Below, in pieces: positions 7,584 through 16,490 of a DNA stretch of 32,000 bases. The notes beneath the pieces were generated by a model. That model ran no database searches, was not told the origin of the DNA, and saw only the letters and a program-made list of their open reading frames with translations. The position numbers were made by a program, and so were the translations under genes. Position 1 is the first letter of the stretch, and every line of letters starts with the position of its first letter. The stretch is from NCBI RefSeq assembly GCF_000406145.1, contig NZ_CM001976.1, forward strand, positions 3,712,855 to 3,744,854, read 5' to 3'. This DNA comes from Dickeya dadantii NCPPB 898. GTDB lineage: Bacteria > Pseudomonadota > Gammaproteobacteria > Enterobacterales > Enterobacteriaceae.

Positions 7584-9068
7584 ATGCCAGAAAACATGAC
7601 GCCAGCCGGAACCACCCCGGCGCATTACAGCCCGAGACTGTGCAATGAAGATTTGGCCCCGACGCGTGTGCAAAGCTGGTCCTGGTACAACATCTTTTCA
7701 TTCTGGATGTCGGATGTACACAGCATGGGCGGTTACGTGGTGGCGGCCAGCTTCTTTACGCTGGGCCTGGCTAGCTGGCAGGTGCTGTTGTGCCTGCTGG
7801 CGGGTATCTGCATCGTGCAACTGTGCGCCAATCTGGTGGCCAAACCCAGCCAGCTCAGCGGCGTACCCTATGCGGTGATGTGCCGTCAGTCCTTCGGCGT
7901 GTTCGGCGCCAACATTCCGGCGGTGATCCGCGGGTTGATCGCGTTCGCCTGGTACGGTATCCAGACCTATCTGGCCGCCAGCGCGCTGATGCTGGTGCTG
8001 TTGAAATTCGTGCCGTCGCTCACCCCGCTGACCACCAGCCACTGGCTCGGCCTGTCGACGCTGGGCTGGCTGTGCTTCGGCGTGATGTGGCTGTTGCAGG
8101 CGATGGTGTTCTGGCACGGCATGAGCGCCATTAAGCGCTTTATTGATATCGCCGGCCCGGCGGTCTACGTGGTGATGCTGGCGCTGGCCGGGTGGATTGT
8201 ATACAAAACCGGACTGGAGAATATCTCCTTCACGCTGGGCAGCAAATCCCTCAGCAGCGGCGAGCAGGTTTGGCAGATGATCACCGCCACGGCGCTGGTG
8301 GTGTCCTACTTCTCCGGCCCGTTGCTCAACTTCGGCGACTTCTCCCGCTACGCTAAAAGCATGCAGGAAATCCGCCGCGGCAACCGCTGGGGCTTGCCGT
8401 TCAACTTCCTGCTGTTCTCCATCGTCACGGTGGTGATCGTCTCTGGTACTCAGTCGCTGTTCGGCCAGATGATCACCGACCCGATCGAAACCGTCAGCCG
8501 CGTCGGCAACAGCGTGGCGGTGGCGCTGGGCCTGCTGACCATGATCGTCGCCACCATCGGCATCAACATTGTCGCCAACTTCGTTTCTCCGGCGTTCGAT
8601 TTCTCCAACTGCGCGCCGCAGCGCATCAGTTTCCGCACCGGCGGGATGATCGCCGCGGTCGGTTCGGTGCTGCTCACCCCGTGGAACCTGTTCAACTCAC
8701 CGGAATTGATCCACTACACGCTCGACGTGCTGGGCGCGTTCATCGGCCCGCTGTTCGGCATCCTGCTGGCGGATTTCTACCTGATCAAAGGCGGCAAGGT
8801 GGATGTGGACGCGCTGTTCAACGATACCCCCAGCGGACGCTACTGGTACCGCAACGGCATCAACCCGAACGCGGTGCTGGCGCTGCTGCCGTCGGTGGCT
8901 ATCGGGCTGGTAATAAGCTTCGTGCCGGACTGGCATGAAGTCGCCAATTTCAGTTGGTTTATCGGCGTGGCGCTGGGCGCCGGCAGCTACCGTTATCTGG
9001 CTCGTCGGGAAAAAGCCGTCACGCCGGCCGCGACCGGGCTGTCGGGTCTGGTGCTGGGTAAAGAATAA
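7584..9068 (+). CDS. NCS1-family nucleobase/allantoin permease (PucI/Mhp1-like)
   Basis: The track ORF is 7398..9068. The ATG at 7584 (MPENMTPAGT) has an AGGAG RBS at 7571-7575, and the upstream part overlaps hpxS and the promoter region. The 12-TM protein has NCS1 motifs (NEDLAPT...WSWYNIFSFWMSDVHSMGGY). Confidence 0.85.
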   Translation: MPENMTPAGTTPAHYSPRLCNEDLAPTRVQSWSWYNIFSFWMSDVHSMGGYVVAASFFTLGLASWQVLLCLLAGICIVQLCANLVAKPSQLSGVPYAVMCRQSFGVFGANIPAVIRGLIAFAWYGIQTYLAASALMLVLLKFVPSLTPLTTSHWLGLSTLGWLCFGVMWLLQAMVFWHGMSAIKRFIDIAGPAVYVVMLALAGWIVYKTGLENISFTLGSKSLSSGEQVWQMITATALVVSYFSGPLLNFGDFSRYAKSMQEIRRGNRWGLPFNFLLFSIVTVVIVSGTQSLFGQMITDPIETVSRVGNSVAVALGLLTMIVATIGINIVANFVSPAFDFSNCAPQRISFRTGGMIAAVGSVLLTPWNLFNSPELIHYTLDVLGAFIGPLFGILLADFYLIKGGKVDVDALFNDTPSGRYWYRNGINPNAVLALLPSVAIGLVISFVPDWHEVANFSWFIGVALGAGSYRYLARREKAVTPAATGLSGLVLGKE

Positions 9069-9076
9069 ACCGCTCC

Positions 9077-9119
9077 CGGATCGCGGCGTCGCGATCCGTT
9101 TTTTTCGATCCGTTTTTTT
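9077..9119 (+). terminator. Rho-independent terminator with a tandemly duplicated 3' half
   Basis: A 9-bp GC stem, CGGATCGCG-gcgt-CGCGATCCG (9077-9098), is followed by T7. The 14-mer CGATCCGTTTTTTT is repeated in tandem (9092-9105 and 9106-9119). Confidence 0.8.
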
Positions 9120-9183
9120 GCCCCCTCGTTTTGGTTTTCACTCCATCAGGGCGCCCCGCTTTCGATCGCGCACCGGGTCCGGC

Positions 9184-9200
9184 TGTGCCGACACGGTGCA
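9184..9200. promoter_or_regulatory. NtrC-like enhancer half-palindrome TGTGCC-N5-GGTGCA
   Basis: It resembles the NtrC consensus TGCACC-N5-GGTGCA as recalled, with 4/6 and 6/6 matches. It lies about 65 nt upstream of the candidate -24 element at 9264. Confidence 0.25.
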
Positions 9201-9263
9201 TTTTCCTTTACCGGCCGGAGCACCTTCCATAAAAAATAAAGCAGAAACAGTAGATTGAAAAAC

Positions 9264-9278
9264 TGGCACAGGGTTTGA
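9264..9278 (+). promoter_or_regulatory. Weaker sigma54-like -24/-12 element upstream of allophanate hydrolase
   Basis: TGGCAC-agggt-TTGA has a perfect -24 box and correct spacing, but the -12 dinucleotide is GA rather than GC. Confidence 0.3.
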
Positions 9279-9317
9279 ATGTTGCATTCCATCTTGTATA
9301 CCAACTGGAATGCATTT

Positions 9318-11120
9318 ATGACATCACAGACTGCTTATACCGGCTTCACGCTGCCTCAGTGGCAGCGCCACTACCAGCAGCACCCGGACCGGGTGACTGA
9401 AACCCTGCTGACCGTCTGGAGATCGCTGCGCGCTGACGACCCGGCGTGGATTTATCTGCCCGACGAAGCCCAACTGAGCGAGCAGATCGCCCACCTGCTC
9501 AGCCAGCCTGACGCCCAATGCCTGCCGCTTTTCGGCATTCCGTTCGCGGTCAAAGACAACATTGATGTCGCCGGCTGGCCCACCAGCGCCGCCTGTCCGG
9601 CGTTTACTTACACCGCGGCGCAAGACGCCACCGTGGTCGCGCGCCTGAAGGCCGCCGGCGCCATCGTGCTCGGCAAAACCAACCTTGACCAATTCGCCAC
9701 CGGGTTGGTGGGCACCCGCTCACCGTTTGGCGCGGTTGCCAACAGCTTTAATCCGGAATATGTCAGCGGCGGCTCCAGTTCCGGCTCAGCCTCAGCCGTG
9801 GCGCGCGGGCTGGTGCCGTTCGCGCTGGGCACCGATACCGCCGGCTCCGGCCGCGTTCCGGCCGGCTTCAATAACATCGTCGGACTGAAACCCACCAAGG
9901 GCTGGCTGTCGACGCAGGGGGTGGTGCCGGCCTGTCGCCTGAACGACTGCGTGTCGGTGTTCGCCTTGACGGTGCAGGACGCCTGGTTCGTCGCCACGCT
10001 GGCGGGCGGCTATGACGAACGCGACGCCTATTCGCGCCATCATCCCCGCACCACGCCAGCGACGATGTCGGCCTGGCTACGTCTGGCGGTGCCGCATCCA
10101 CTGGAATTCTTTGGCGATCGACAGGCGGAGCAGGCGTTTCAGCAGGCGCTGTCGCATTTGCAGTCAATCGGCGCGACGCTGGAACCGCTGGATTTCAGCC
10201 CGTTCGCACAGCTGGCGCGTCAATTATATGAAGGGCCGTGGGTAGCGGAACGCACCGTGGCAGTCGGCCAGTTGCTGTATGAGCAGCCGGAGGCGATGGA
10301 CCCGACCGTACGCGGCATCATCGCCAAAGGCGCCGATTACAGCGCTTGCGAGGTGTTTGAAGCGGAATACCTGCGCGCGGAGCTGGCCCGGCAAATTGCC
10401 GCCCGGTTAAGCGGATTTGACGCGCTGGTGGTACCCACCGCGCCCACCATTCATACGCTGGAAGAGATGAAGCAGCAGCCGGTGGCCTACAACTCACAGT
10501 TCGGCTTCTACACCAACTTCACCAATCTGGCGGATTTGTGCGGGCTGGCACTGCCGGTGTCATTTCGCGACGATGGCCTGCCCGCCGGCATCACGCTGAT
10601 TGCGCCAGCCTGGCATGACGCCGCGCTGGCGGCGTTCGGCCAACGTTGGCAGTCAGCCACGGCGCTGCCGCTGGGCGCTACCGGCAAGACCCTGCCGCCG
10701 GTTCCGCTCCAGGAAACGGCCTCTCCCCATCATGTGCGACTCGCCGTAGTAGGCGCTCACTTAAGTGGAATGCCGCTCAATTTTCAGTTGCTGACCCGCC
10801 ACGCCGTCAAAGTGGAAGACACCACCACATCAGCCGACTATCGCCTGTACGCGCTGGCGAATACCCAACCGCCTAAGCCCGGACTGGTCAAAACGGGTCA
10901 GGGACAGCCGATTACCGTGGAGCTGTGGGATATTCCGCTGGCGCGCTTCGGCGAGTTGGTGGCGGAAGTCCCGGCGCCGCTCGGCATCGGCACGCTGACG
11001 CTGGCGGATGGCCGTCAGGTCAAAGGCTTCATCTGTGAACCGGCGGCGCTTAACGCCGCGCGGGACATTACCGAATTCGGCGGCTGGCGCGCCTTTGTAA
11101 CCCAACACTCTCCAGCCTGA
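9318..11120 (+). CDS. atzF: Allophanate hydrolase (AtzF type: amidase-signature domain plus C-terminal AtzF domain)
   Basis: The track ORF is 9279..11120. It carries the amidase signature GGSSSGSASAVARGLVPFALGTDTAGSGRVPAGFNNIVGLKPTKGWLS and a C-terminal domain (HVRLAVVGAHLSGMPLNFQL...GFICE). The ATG at 9318 (MTSQTAYTGF) is preferred because 9279 sits inside the candidate promoter. The start remains uncertain. Confidence 0.85.
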   Translation: MTSQTAYTGFTLPQWQRHYQQHPDRVTETLLTVWRSLRADDPAWIYLPDEAQLSEQIAHLLSQPDAQCLPLFGIPFAVKDNIDVAGWPTSAACPAFTYTAAQDATVVARLKAAGAIVLGKTNLDQFATGLVGTRSPFGAVANSFNPEYVSGGSSSGSASAVARGLVPFALGTDTAGSGRVPAGFNNIVGLKPTKGWLSTQGVVPACRLNDCVSVFALTVQDAWFVATLAGGYDERDAYSRHHPRTTPATMSAWLRLAVPHPLEFFGDRQAEQAFQQALSHLQSIGATLEPLDFSPFAQLARQLYEGPWVAERTVAVGQLLYEQPEAMDPTVRGIIAKGADYSACEVFEAEYLRAELARQIAARLSGFDALVVPTAPTIHTLEEMKQQPVAYNSQFGFYTNFTNLADLCGLALPVSFRDDGLPAGITLIAPAWHDAALAAFGQRWQSATALPLGATGKTLPPVPLQETASPHHVRLAVVGAHLSGMPLNFQLLTRHAVKVEDTTTSADYRLYALANTQPPKPGLVKTGQGQPITVELWDIPLARFGELVAEVPAPLGIGTLTLADGRQVKGFICEPAALNAARDITEFGGWRAFVTQHSPA

Positions 11121-11137
11121 CAACGGGAGGAAACCAG

Positions 11138-11854
11138 ATGCAATTCGCTGCGCCCGACGACCGGAAAGCACGTCACAAAAACAAACCACCGGTACTGGCG
11201 GAACAGGTTTACCAACGGCTCAAGCAGGATATTTTCGATTTTCGGTTGCTGCCGGGAGATCGCTTCACCGAAAACGAACTGGCGGAACGCCTGTCGGTCA
11301 GCCGCACGCCGATCCGCCAGGCGCTGTTCCGGCTGGAAACCGAAGGGTTTGTGAGCGTGTACTACCGCAGCGGCTGGCAGGTTAAACCGTTCGATTTCGC
11401 TTACTTTGAAGAACTGTACGACCTGCGCATCGTACTGGAGCGGGAAGCGGTGCAGCGGCTGTGCCTGCTGCCGTCTGATTCCTGCGCCGCACTGCTCCAG
11501 CCGTTGTATCAATACTGGATAGACGAACCACGGCAGGATGACGGCCAGCAGGTTTCCCGGCAGGATGAAGCCTTTCATCTGGCGCTGGTCGCGGCCGCCG
11601 GCAACCGGGAAATGGCGCGCGTGCATCGAGACGTCACCGAAAAAATCCGCATTATCCGCCGGCTGGATTTCACCCGTCAGGATCGCATTCAGGCCACCTA
11701 TCAGGAGCATGCCGTTATCCTGCAAGCCATCCTCGCTCAGGATAGTGAGCAAGCCTGCCGGTTGCTTGCCGAACATATCGCCGGCAGCAAAGCCGAGGTT
11801 CGCAACATTACCCTGCATCTGTTGCAGCAAGCCAGAAATCAGGCCGCGATTTGA
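11138..11854 (+). CDS. GntR-family transcriptional regulator (FadR/FCD subfamily)
   Basis: 238 aa. The HTH block is LAEQVYQRLKQDIFDFRLLPGDRFTENELAERLSVSRTPIRQALFRLETEGFV. It starts 17 nt after the atzF stop with a GGGAGGA RBS, so co-transcription is likely. Confidence 0.85.
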   Translation: MQFAAPDDRKARHKNKPPVLAEQVYQRLKQDIFDFRLLPGDRFTENELAERLSVSRTPIRQALFRLETEGFVSVYYRSGWQVKPFDFAYFEELYDLRIVLEREAVQRLCLLPSDSCAALLQPLYQYWIDEPRQDDGQQVSRQDEAFHLALVAAAGNREMARVHRDVTEKIRIIRRLDFTRQDRIQATYQEHAVILQAILAQDSEQACRLLAEHIAGSKAEVRNITLHLLQQARNQAAI

Positions 11855-11969
11855 TACCCGCACTGCCGGTCCGATTCCGGCAGTATCGCCTGGCTTCTGC
11901 GGCTTATCGTCTGCCTCAATATCCCGTCACACGCTATCTTCATATCCGTCACACGTTGGGCCATGGTGA

Positions 11970-12544
11970 CGCTGGCGGCTCTCGCTTAACGTTATCCACT
12001 AAACCCACTAACTCCGCTGACTGATTGCCGTTAATTAATTGCCGCAGATAGATGCCTGCGACCGGAAATGCCTTGATTGAATCGTCCCGCAGACTGAATT
12101 ATTCAGCACACAAGCACTCAGAATCATCCGATTATTTGATCGGAATATCGCGGCGCTGCATACCACATTATCCCGCCCCAAATCACCGACGGAATCCAAC
12201 TATTTCCCTGTTTAGCCGTCATTTCATCGCCGTGAACCACACCATAAAACAAACCTATTTCCGATTATCACGCTCGTTCAATTCATATGAATTTTTCATT
12301 AAATCTCACCATTACCAAATCCCGCATTAATCGCATAAAAAACATTGTTTTTACTGTGAAAATTCATTCTCACAAACCAATAAAACCCCAAAAAAACAAA
12401 ACATTCCAACCGAATGAAAATAAATAAAAAATAAATAATTTTACGCATGGAAAAATCCTCTTTCACTTTTCACAAAAAAAAGAATCCACTCAGAAAAACA
12501 CCGACAAACAATTCCAAAAATGCGCATTAATTGCCATCACAGGG
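11970..12544. promoter_or_regulatory. AT-rich, A-tract-rich upstream region of proU (probable curved-DNA/H-NS nucleation region)
   Basis: There is an abrupt composition change from the flanking GC-rich genes, with many A5-A8 tracts. The plus strand is strongly G-depleted. The position matches the upstream regulatory region of E. coli and Salmonella proU. Confidence 0.5.
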
Positions 12545-12572
12545 TTGTCAGACCGTCGGTTTATGGTAGGGT
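12545..12572 (+). promoter_or_regulatory. proU sigma70 promoter (P2-like): -35 TTGTCA, 16-nt spacer, -10 TAGGGT
   Basis: The architecture and -10 hexamer match the E. coli proU P2 promoter as recalled (TTGCCT-16 nt-TAGGGT). It lies about 70 nt upstream of the proV ATG. Confidence 0.55.
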
Positions 12573-12641
12573 ATAAAAAGTTTTATTCACCATGAGGCAG
12601 CGAGAAAAAACAATTAAACCACACAGGAAAACCTTAATTAC

Positions 12642-13844
12642 ATGGCAATTAAACTTGAAGTAACGCATCTGTATAAAATATTCGGTGAGCACCCCGAACG
12701 CGCATTCAGGCTATTGGAACAGGGACTGAGCAAGGATCAGATTTTTGAGAAAACCGGTCTGACGGTGGGGGTAAAAGACGCCAGTCTGGCCATTGAAGAA
12801 GGCGAGATTTTTGTGATCATGGGGTTGTCCGGTTCCGGCAAATCCACCCTGGTACGCCTTCTCAATCGCCTGATAGAACCTACCCGTGGTCAGGTGCTGA
12901 TCGACGGCGAAGATATCTCTCGCCTGCCGGACGGCGCGCTGCGTGCGGTTCGTCGTAAGCAGATCAGCATGGTGTTTCAGTCTTTCGCGCTGATGCCTCA
13001 CCTGAATATTCTCGACAACACCGCATTCGGCATGGATCTGGCCGGGGTGCCTCGCGCGGAACGCGAACAGAAAGCGCTGAACGCGCTGCAGCAGGTCGGC
13101 CTGGAAACCTACGCCCACGCCTACCCAGACGAGCTATCAGGCGGGATGCGCCAGCGTGTCGGCCTGGCCCGCGCGCTGGCCAACGACCCCGACATCCTGC
13201 TGATGGACGAAGCGTTTTCAGCGCTCGACCCGCTGATCCGCACCGAGATGCAGGATGAGTTGGTCAAGCTGCAGGCGCGTCAGCAACGCACCATTGTGTT
13301 CATATCGCACGACCTGGATGAAGCGATGCGCATCGGCGATCGCATTGCCATCATGCACAGCGGCGAAGTGATTCAGGTCGGCACGCCGGATGAGATTCTC
13401 AATAACCCGGCTAACGATTATGTACGTACCTTCTTCCGCGGTGTGGATATCAGCCACGTGTTCACCGCCAAAGACATCGCCCGCCGACGCCCGGTGGCGG
13501 TGATCCGCAAAACGCCGGGCGTCGGCCCGCGATCCGCGCTCAGGATCCTGCAAGAGGAGGATCGCGAGTACGGGTATGTGCTGGAGCGGGGGCGCAAGTT
13601 CATCGGCGTAGTCTCCATCGATTCCCTCAAACAGGCGCTGCGCGGGCAGCAGCCGCTGGAGCAGGCATTACTGCCCGCCCCGGCGCCGGTCCCCGCGAGC
13701 ATGCCGCTCAACGAGCTGATATCCCAGGTGGCGCAAGCTCCCTGCGCGGTACCTGTTGTGGACGAAAACCATGAATATCTCGGCATTATCTCCAAAGGGA
13801 TGCTGCTGCAGGCGCTGGATAAGGAGAGTACGCTGAATGACTGA
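12642..13844 (+). CDS. proV: Glycine betaine/proline ABC transporter ATP-binding subunit ProV (with C-terminal CBS pair)
   Basis: 400 aa. The N-terminus [22 protein letters not shown] is near-identical to E. coli ProV. It has Walker [10 protein letters not shown], the signature [15 protein letters not shown] and Walker [10 protein letters not shown]. Confidence 0.97.
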   Translation: MAIKLEVTHLYKIFGEHPERAFRLLEQGLSKDQIFEKTGLTVGVKDASLAIEEGEIFVIMGLSGSGKSTLVRLLNRLIEPTRGQVLIDGEDISRLPDGALRAVRRKQISMVFQSFALMPHLNILDNTAFGMDLAGVPRAEREQKALNALQQVGLETYAHAYPDELSGGMRQRVGLARALANDPDILLMDEAFSALDPLIRTEMQDELVKLQARQQRTIVFISHDLDEAMRIGDRIAIMHSGEVIQVGTPDEILNNPANDYVRTFFRGVDISHVFTAKDIARRRPVAVIRKTPGVGPRSALRILQEEDREYGYVLERGRKFIGVVSIDSLKQALRGQQPLEQALLPAPAPVPASMPLNELISQVAQAPCAVPVVDENHEYLGIISKGMLLQALDKESTLND

Positions 13845-15054
13845 TACCACACAAAACCCCTGGGAAGAGGATCAAGCGCCGGATCAGGCCGCGGCCGCTA
13901 ACCACAGCCATGCCGCCACATCGGGCGAACATGCCGTCGCCGCAGGCTCATCCGGCACCCCGGCGCAGACTGACCCCTGGGCGGCGTCATCATCAGCGCC
14001 GGCCGGCAACACGCCGGCATCGGGCAACGCCGCCGACGCCTGGAGCAATGCGCCGCCGCCCGCCGCCAGCGACGTACACCAGAGCGCAGCCGACTGGCTG
14101 AACAGCACGCCGACGCCGACACAAGAGCATTTCAACCTGATGGATCCGTTCCGCCATACGCTGGTGCCTCTCGACCGTTGGGTGACCGAAGGCATCGACT
14201 GGCTGGTGCTGCACTTTCGCCCGCTGTTTCAGGGCATTCGCGTACCGGTCGATATGATTCTTACCAGTTTTCAGCAACTGCTGACCGGCCTGCCCGCGCC
14301 GGTCGCCATTCTGGTGTTCTCGCTGCTGGCCTGGCAGGTGTCCAGCTTCGGCATGGGCGTAGCGACGCTGCTGTCGCTCGTGGCTATCGGCGCCATCGGT
14401 GCCTGGTCGCAGGCCATGGTGACGCTGGCGCTGGTGCTGACCGCGCTGTTCTTCTGCGTGATCATCGGCCTGCCGCTGGGGATCTGGCTGGCGCACAGCG
14501 ATCGCGCCGCCCGTATTGTGCGCCCGCTGCTGGACGCCATGCAGACTACACCGGCCTTCGTCTATCTGATACCGATCGTGATGCTGTTCGGTATCGGTAA
14601 CGTGCCGGGCGTGGTGGTAACCATTATTTTCGCCCTGCCGCCGATTATTCGCCTGACCATCCTCGGTATCCGTCAGGTACCGGCGGATCTGGTGGAAGCG
14701 GCGCAATCCTTTGGCGCCAGCCCGCGCCAGATGCTGTTCAAAGTGCAGTTACCGCTGGCGATGCCCACCATCATGGCCGGCATCAACCAGACGCTGATGC
14801 TGGCGCTATCGATGGTGGTGATCGCCTCGATGATCGCCGTCGGCGGGCTGGGGCAGATGGTGCTGCGCGGTATCGGCCGTCTCGACATGGGGCTGGCGTC
14901 CATCGGCGGGGTCGGCATCGTGATTCTGGCGATCATTCTGGACCGTCTGACCCAGTCGCTCGGGCGTGACGCCCGCAGCCGCGGTAACCGCCATTGGTAC
15001 CACCACGGTCCGTTGGGGCTGCTGGCTCGCCCCTTCATCAAATCCCGGGCCTAA
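13837..15054 (+). CDS. proW: Glycine betaine/proline ABC transporter permease ProW (extended N-terminus)
   Basis: 405 aa and overlaps proV by 8 nt, with an AAGGAGAG RBS. The core is near-identical to E. coli ProW ([25 protein letters not shown]...). The N-terminal low-complexity segment is longer. Confidence 0.95.
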   Translation: MTDTTQNPWEEDQAPDQAAAANHSHAATSGEHAVAAGSSGTPAQTDPWAASSSAPAGNTPASGNAADAWSNAPPPAASDVHQSAADWLNSTPTPTQEHFNLMDPFRHTLVPLDRWVTEGIDWLVLHFRPLFQGIRVPVDMILTSFQQLLTGLPAPVAILVFSLLAWQVSSFGMGVATLLSLVAIGAIGAWSQAMVTLALVLTALFFCVIIGLPLGIWLAHSDRAARIVRPLLDAMQTTPAFVYLIPIVMLFGIGNVPGVVVTIIFALPPIIRLTILGIRQVPADLVEAAQSFGASPRQMLFKVQLPLAMPTIMAGINQTLMLALSMVVIASMIAVGGLGQMVLRGIGRLDMGLASIGGVGIVILAIILDRLTQSLGRDARSRGNRHWYHHGPLGLLARPFIKSRA

Positions 15055-15175
15055 GACCGCCCGGACCGCACCACCTGACCCTGCGGCCGGCGCCGGCTGG
15101 CCGCACTCTCTGACACAGGTGTCTGTGCGTCGTTCACGACTGCTTATTGAATAAGACAATATGAGGACTATCCGT

Positions 15176-16174
15176 ATGCGTAACATCAGCATGGCAACGC
15201 TTGCCCTGACTACCGTACTGAGTACCGGCCTGTTTGCCGCCGACGACCTTCCCGGCAAAGGCATCACCGTTAAACCGGTGCAAAGCACTATCTCCGAAGA
15301 AACCTTCCAAACGCTGCTGGTCAGCAAAGCGCTGGAAAAACTGGGTTATACCGTCGATAAGCCCAGCGAAGTGGACTACAACGTCGGTTACACCTCGATC
15401 GCCAACGGCGACGCCACCTTCACCGCCGTCAACTGGCAACCGCTGCACGACGACATGTATCAGGCCGCCGGCGGCGACGCCAAATTCTACCGTCAGGGAG
15501 TCTACGTTTCGGGCGCGGCGCAGGGATACCTGATCGACAAGAAAACCGCCGAACGCTACCACATTACCCGGCTGGATCAACTCAAGGACCCGAAACTGGC
15601 GAAACTGTTCGATACCAACGGCGACGGCAAGGCGGACCTGACCGGCTGTAACCCCGGCTGGGGCTGCGACAGCGTCATCAATCACCAGATTCAGGCCTAC
15701 GGGCTGGGCGACACCGTCAACCACAATCAGGGCAACTACGCGGCGCTAATCGCCGATACCATCGCCCGCTACAAGCAGGGTAAATCGGTCATATTCTTCA
15801 CCTGGACACCGTACTGGGTAAGTGATGTGCTGGTGCCGGGACGTGACGTGGTGTGGCTGCAGGTGCCGTTCTCCTCGCTGCCCGGCAAGCAGAAAGGCAC
15901 CGACACCAAGCTGCCTAATGGCGCCAACTACGGTTTCCCGGTCAACAATATGCGCATCGTCGCCAACAAGGATTGGGCTGAAAAAAACCCGGCAGCGGCC
16001 AAACTGTTCGCCATCATGAAACTGCCGCTGGCCGACATCAACGCCCAGAACCTGCGCATGCATCAGGGTGAAGCGTCTCAGCAGGATATCGAGCGTCACG
16101 TCAACGGCTGGATCAACGCGCATCAGGCACAGTTTGACGGCTGGCTTAACACCGCCCGCGCGGCAGCAAAGTAA
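15176..16174 (+). CDS. proX: Glycine betaine/proline periplasmic binding protein ProX
   Basis: The track ORF starts at 15161. The ATG at 15176 has GAGGA 8 nt upstream and gives a signal peptide [21 protein letters not shown]|[11 protein letters not shown] that matches the E. coli ProX processing site. Confidence 0.93.
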   Translation: MRNISMATLALTTVLSTGLFAADDLPGKGITVKPVQSTISEETFQTLLVSKALEKLGYTVDKPSEVDYNVGYTSIANGDATFTAVNWQPLHDDMYQAAGGDAKFYRQGVYVSGAAQGYLIDKKTAERYHITRLDQLKDPKLAKLFDTNGDGKADLTGCNPGWGCDSVINHQIQAYGLGDTVNHNQGNYAALIADTIARYKQGKSVIFFTWTPYWVSDVLVPGRDVVWLQVPFSSLPGKQKGTDTKLPNGANYGFPVNNMRIVANKDWAEKNPAAAKLFAIMKLPLADINAQNLRMHQGEASQQDIERHVNGWINAHQAQFDGWLNTARAAAK

Positions 16175-16194
16175 GTCGTTACGCCGCGTTAACT

Positions 16195-16222
16195 CAGAGG
16201 ATGCCCGCTGGGGTATCCTCTG
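16195..16222 (+). terminator. Strong hairpin after proX (probable proU terminator; weak U-tract)
   Basis: CAGAGGATGCCC-gctg-GGGTATCCTCTG starts 21 nt after the proX stop. The trailing sequence CTGCTTCC is only moderately T-rich. Confidence 0.5.
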
Positions 16223-16490
16223 CTGCTTCCTCAGCGTTTCGGATCGACTTCGCTTTCCCCTCACCGTTTTTCATTGTTATCGGGTTCCGGCTTTATCGGT
16301 TTTTTACCGTCTCGAAAGTAAACGCTTACCCTTTGCTGGAGGCGGAGAATAATAGGCTTGTTCCGGTCTGGCTGATAAAACTCCTGATTATTTTCAGGGA
16401 AATTTATAAGATAAATTGCTGGATTCTCTGACGTGACTGTTCAATACTAAATTAATAATTCCGATTTAACATTAAGTTAACATTTCTCGC

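Noticed and set aside
11015-11863. A 282-aa minus-strand ORF spanning the GntR regulator gene
   Set aside because: It is the antisense shadow of a gene with a clear GntR HTH, and it would also overlap the end of atzF. No homology signal is visible.
12052-12330. A 92-aa ORF in the AT-rich region upstream of proV
   Set aside because: It has no RBS, an odd composition, no transmembrane or recognisable motif, and lies in a probable H-NS-bound regulatory tract. It is most likely a chance ORF.
13993-14706. A 237-aa minus-strand ORF inside proW, with similar cases at 15134-15724, 15746-16264 and 16542-17066
   Set aside because: These ORFs are antisense to highly conserved transporter genes. Their translations are low-complexity and rich in His, Arg and Gln.
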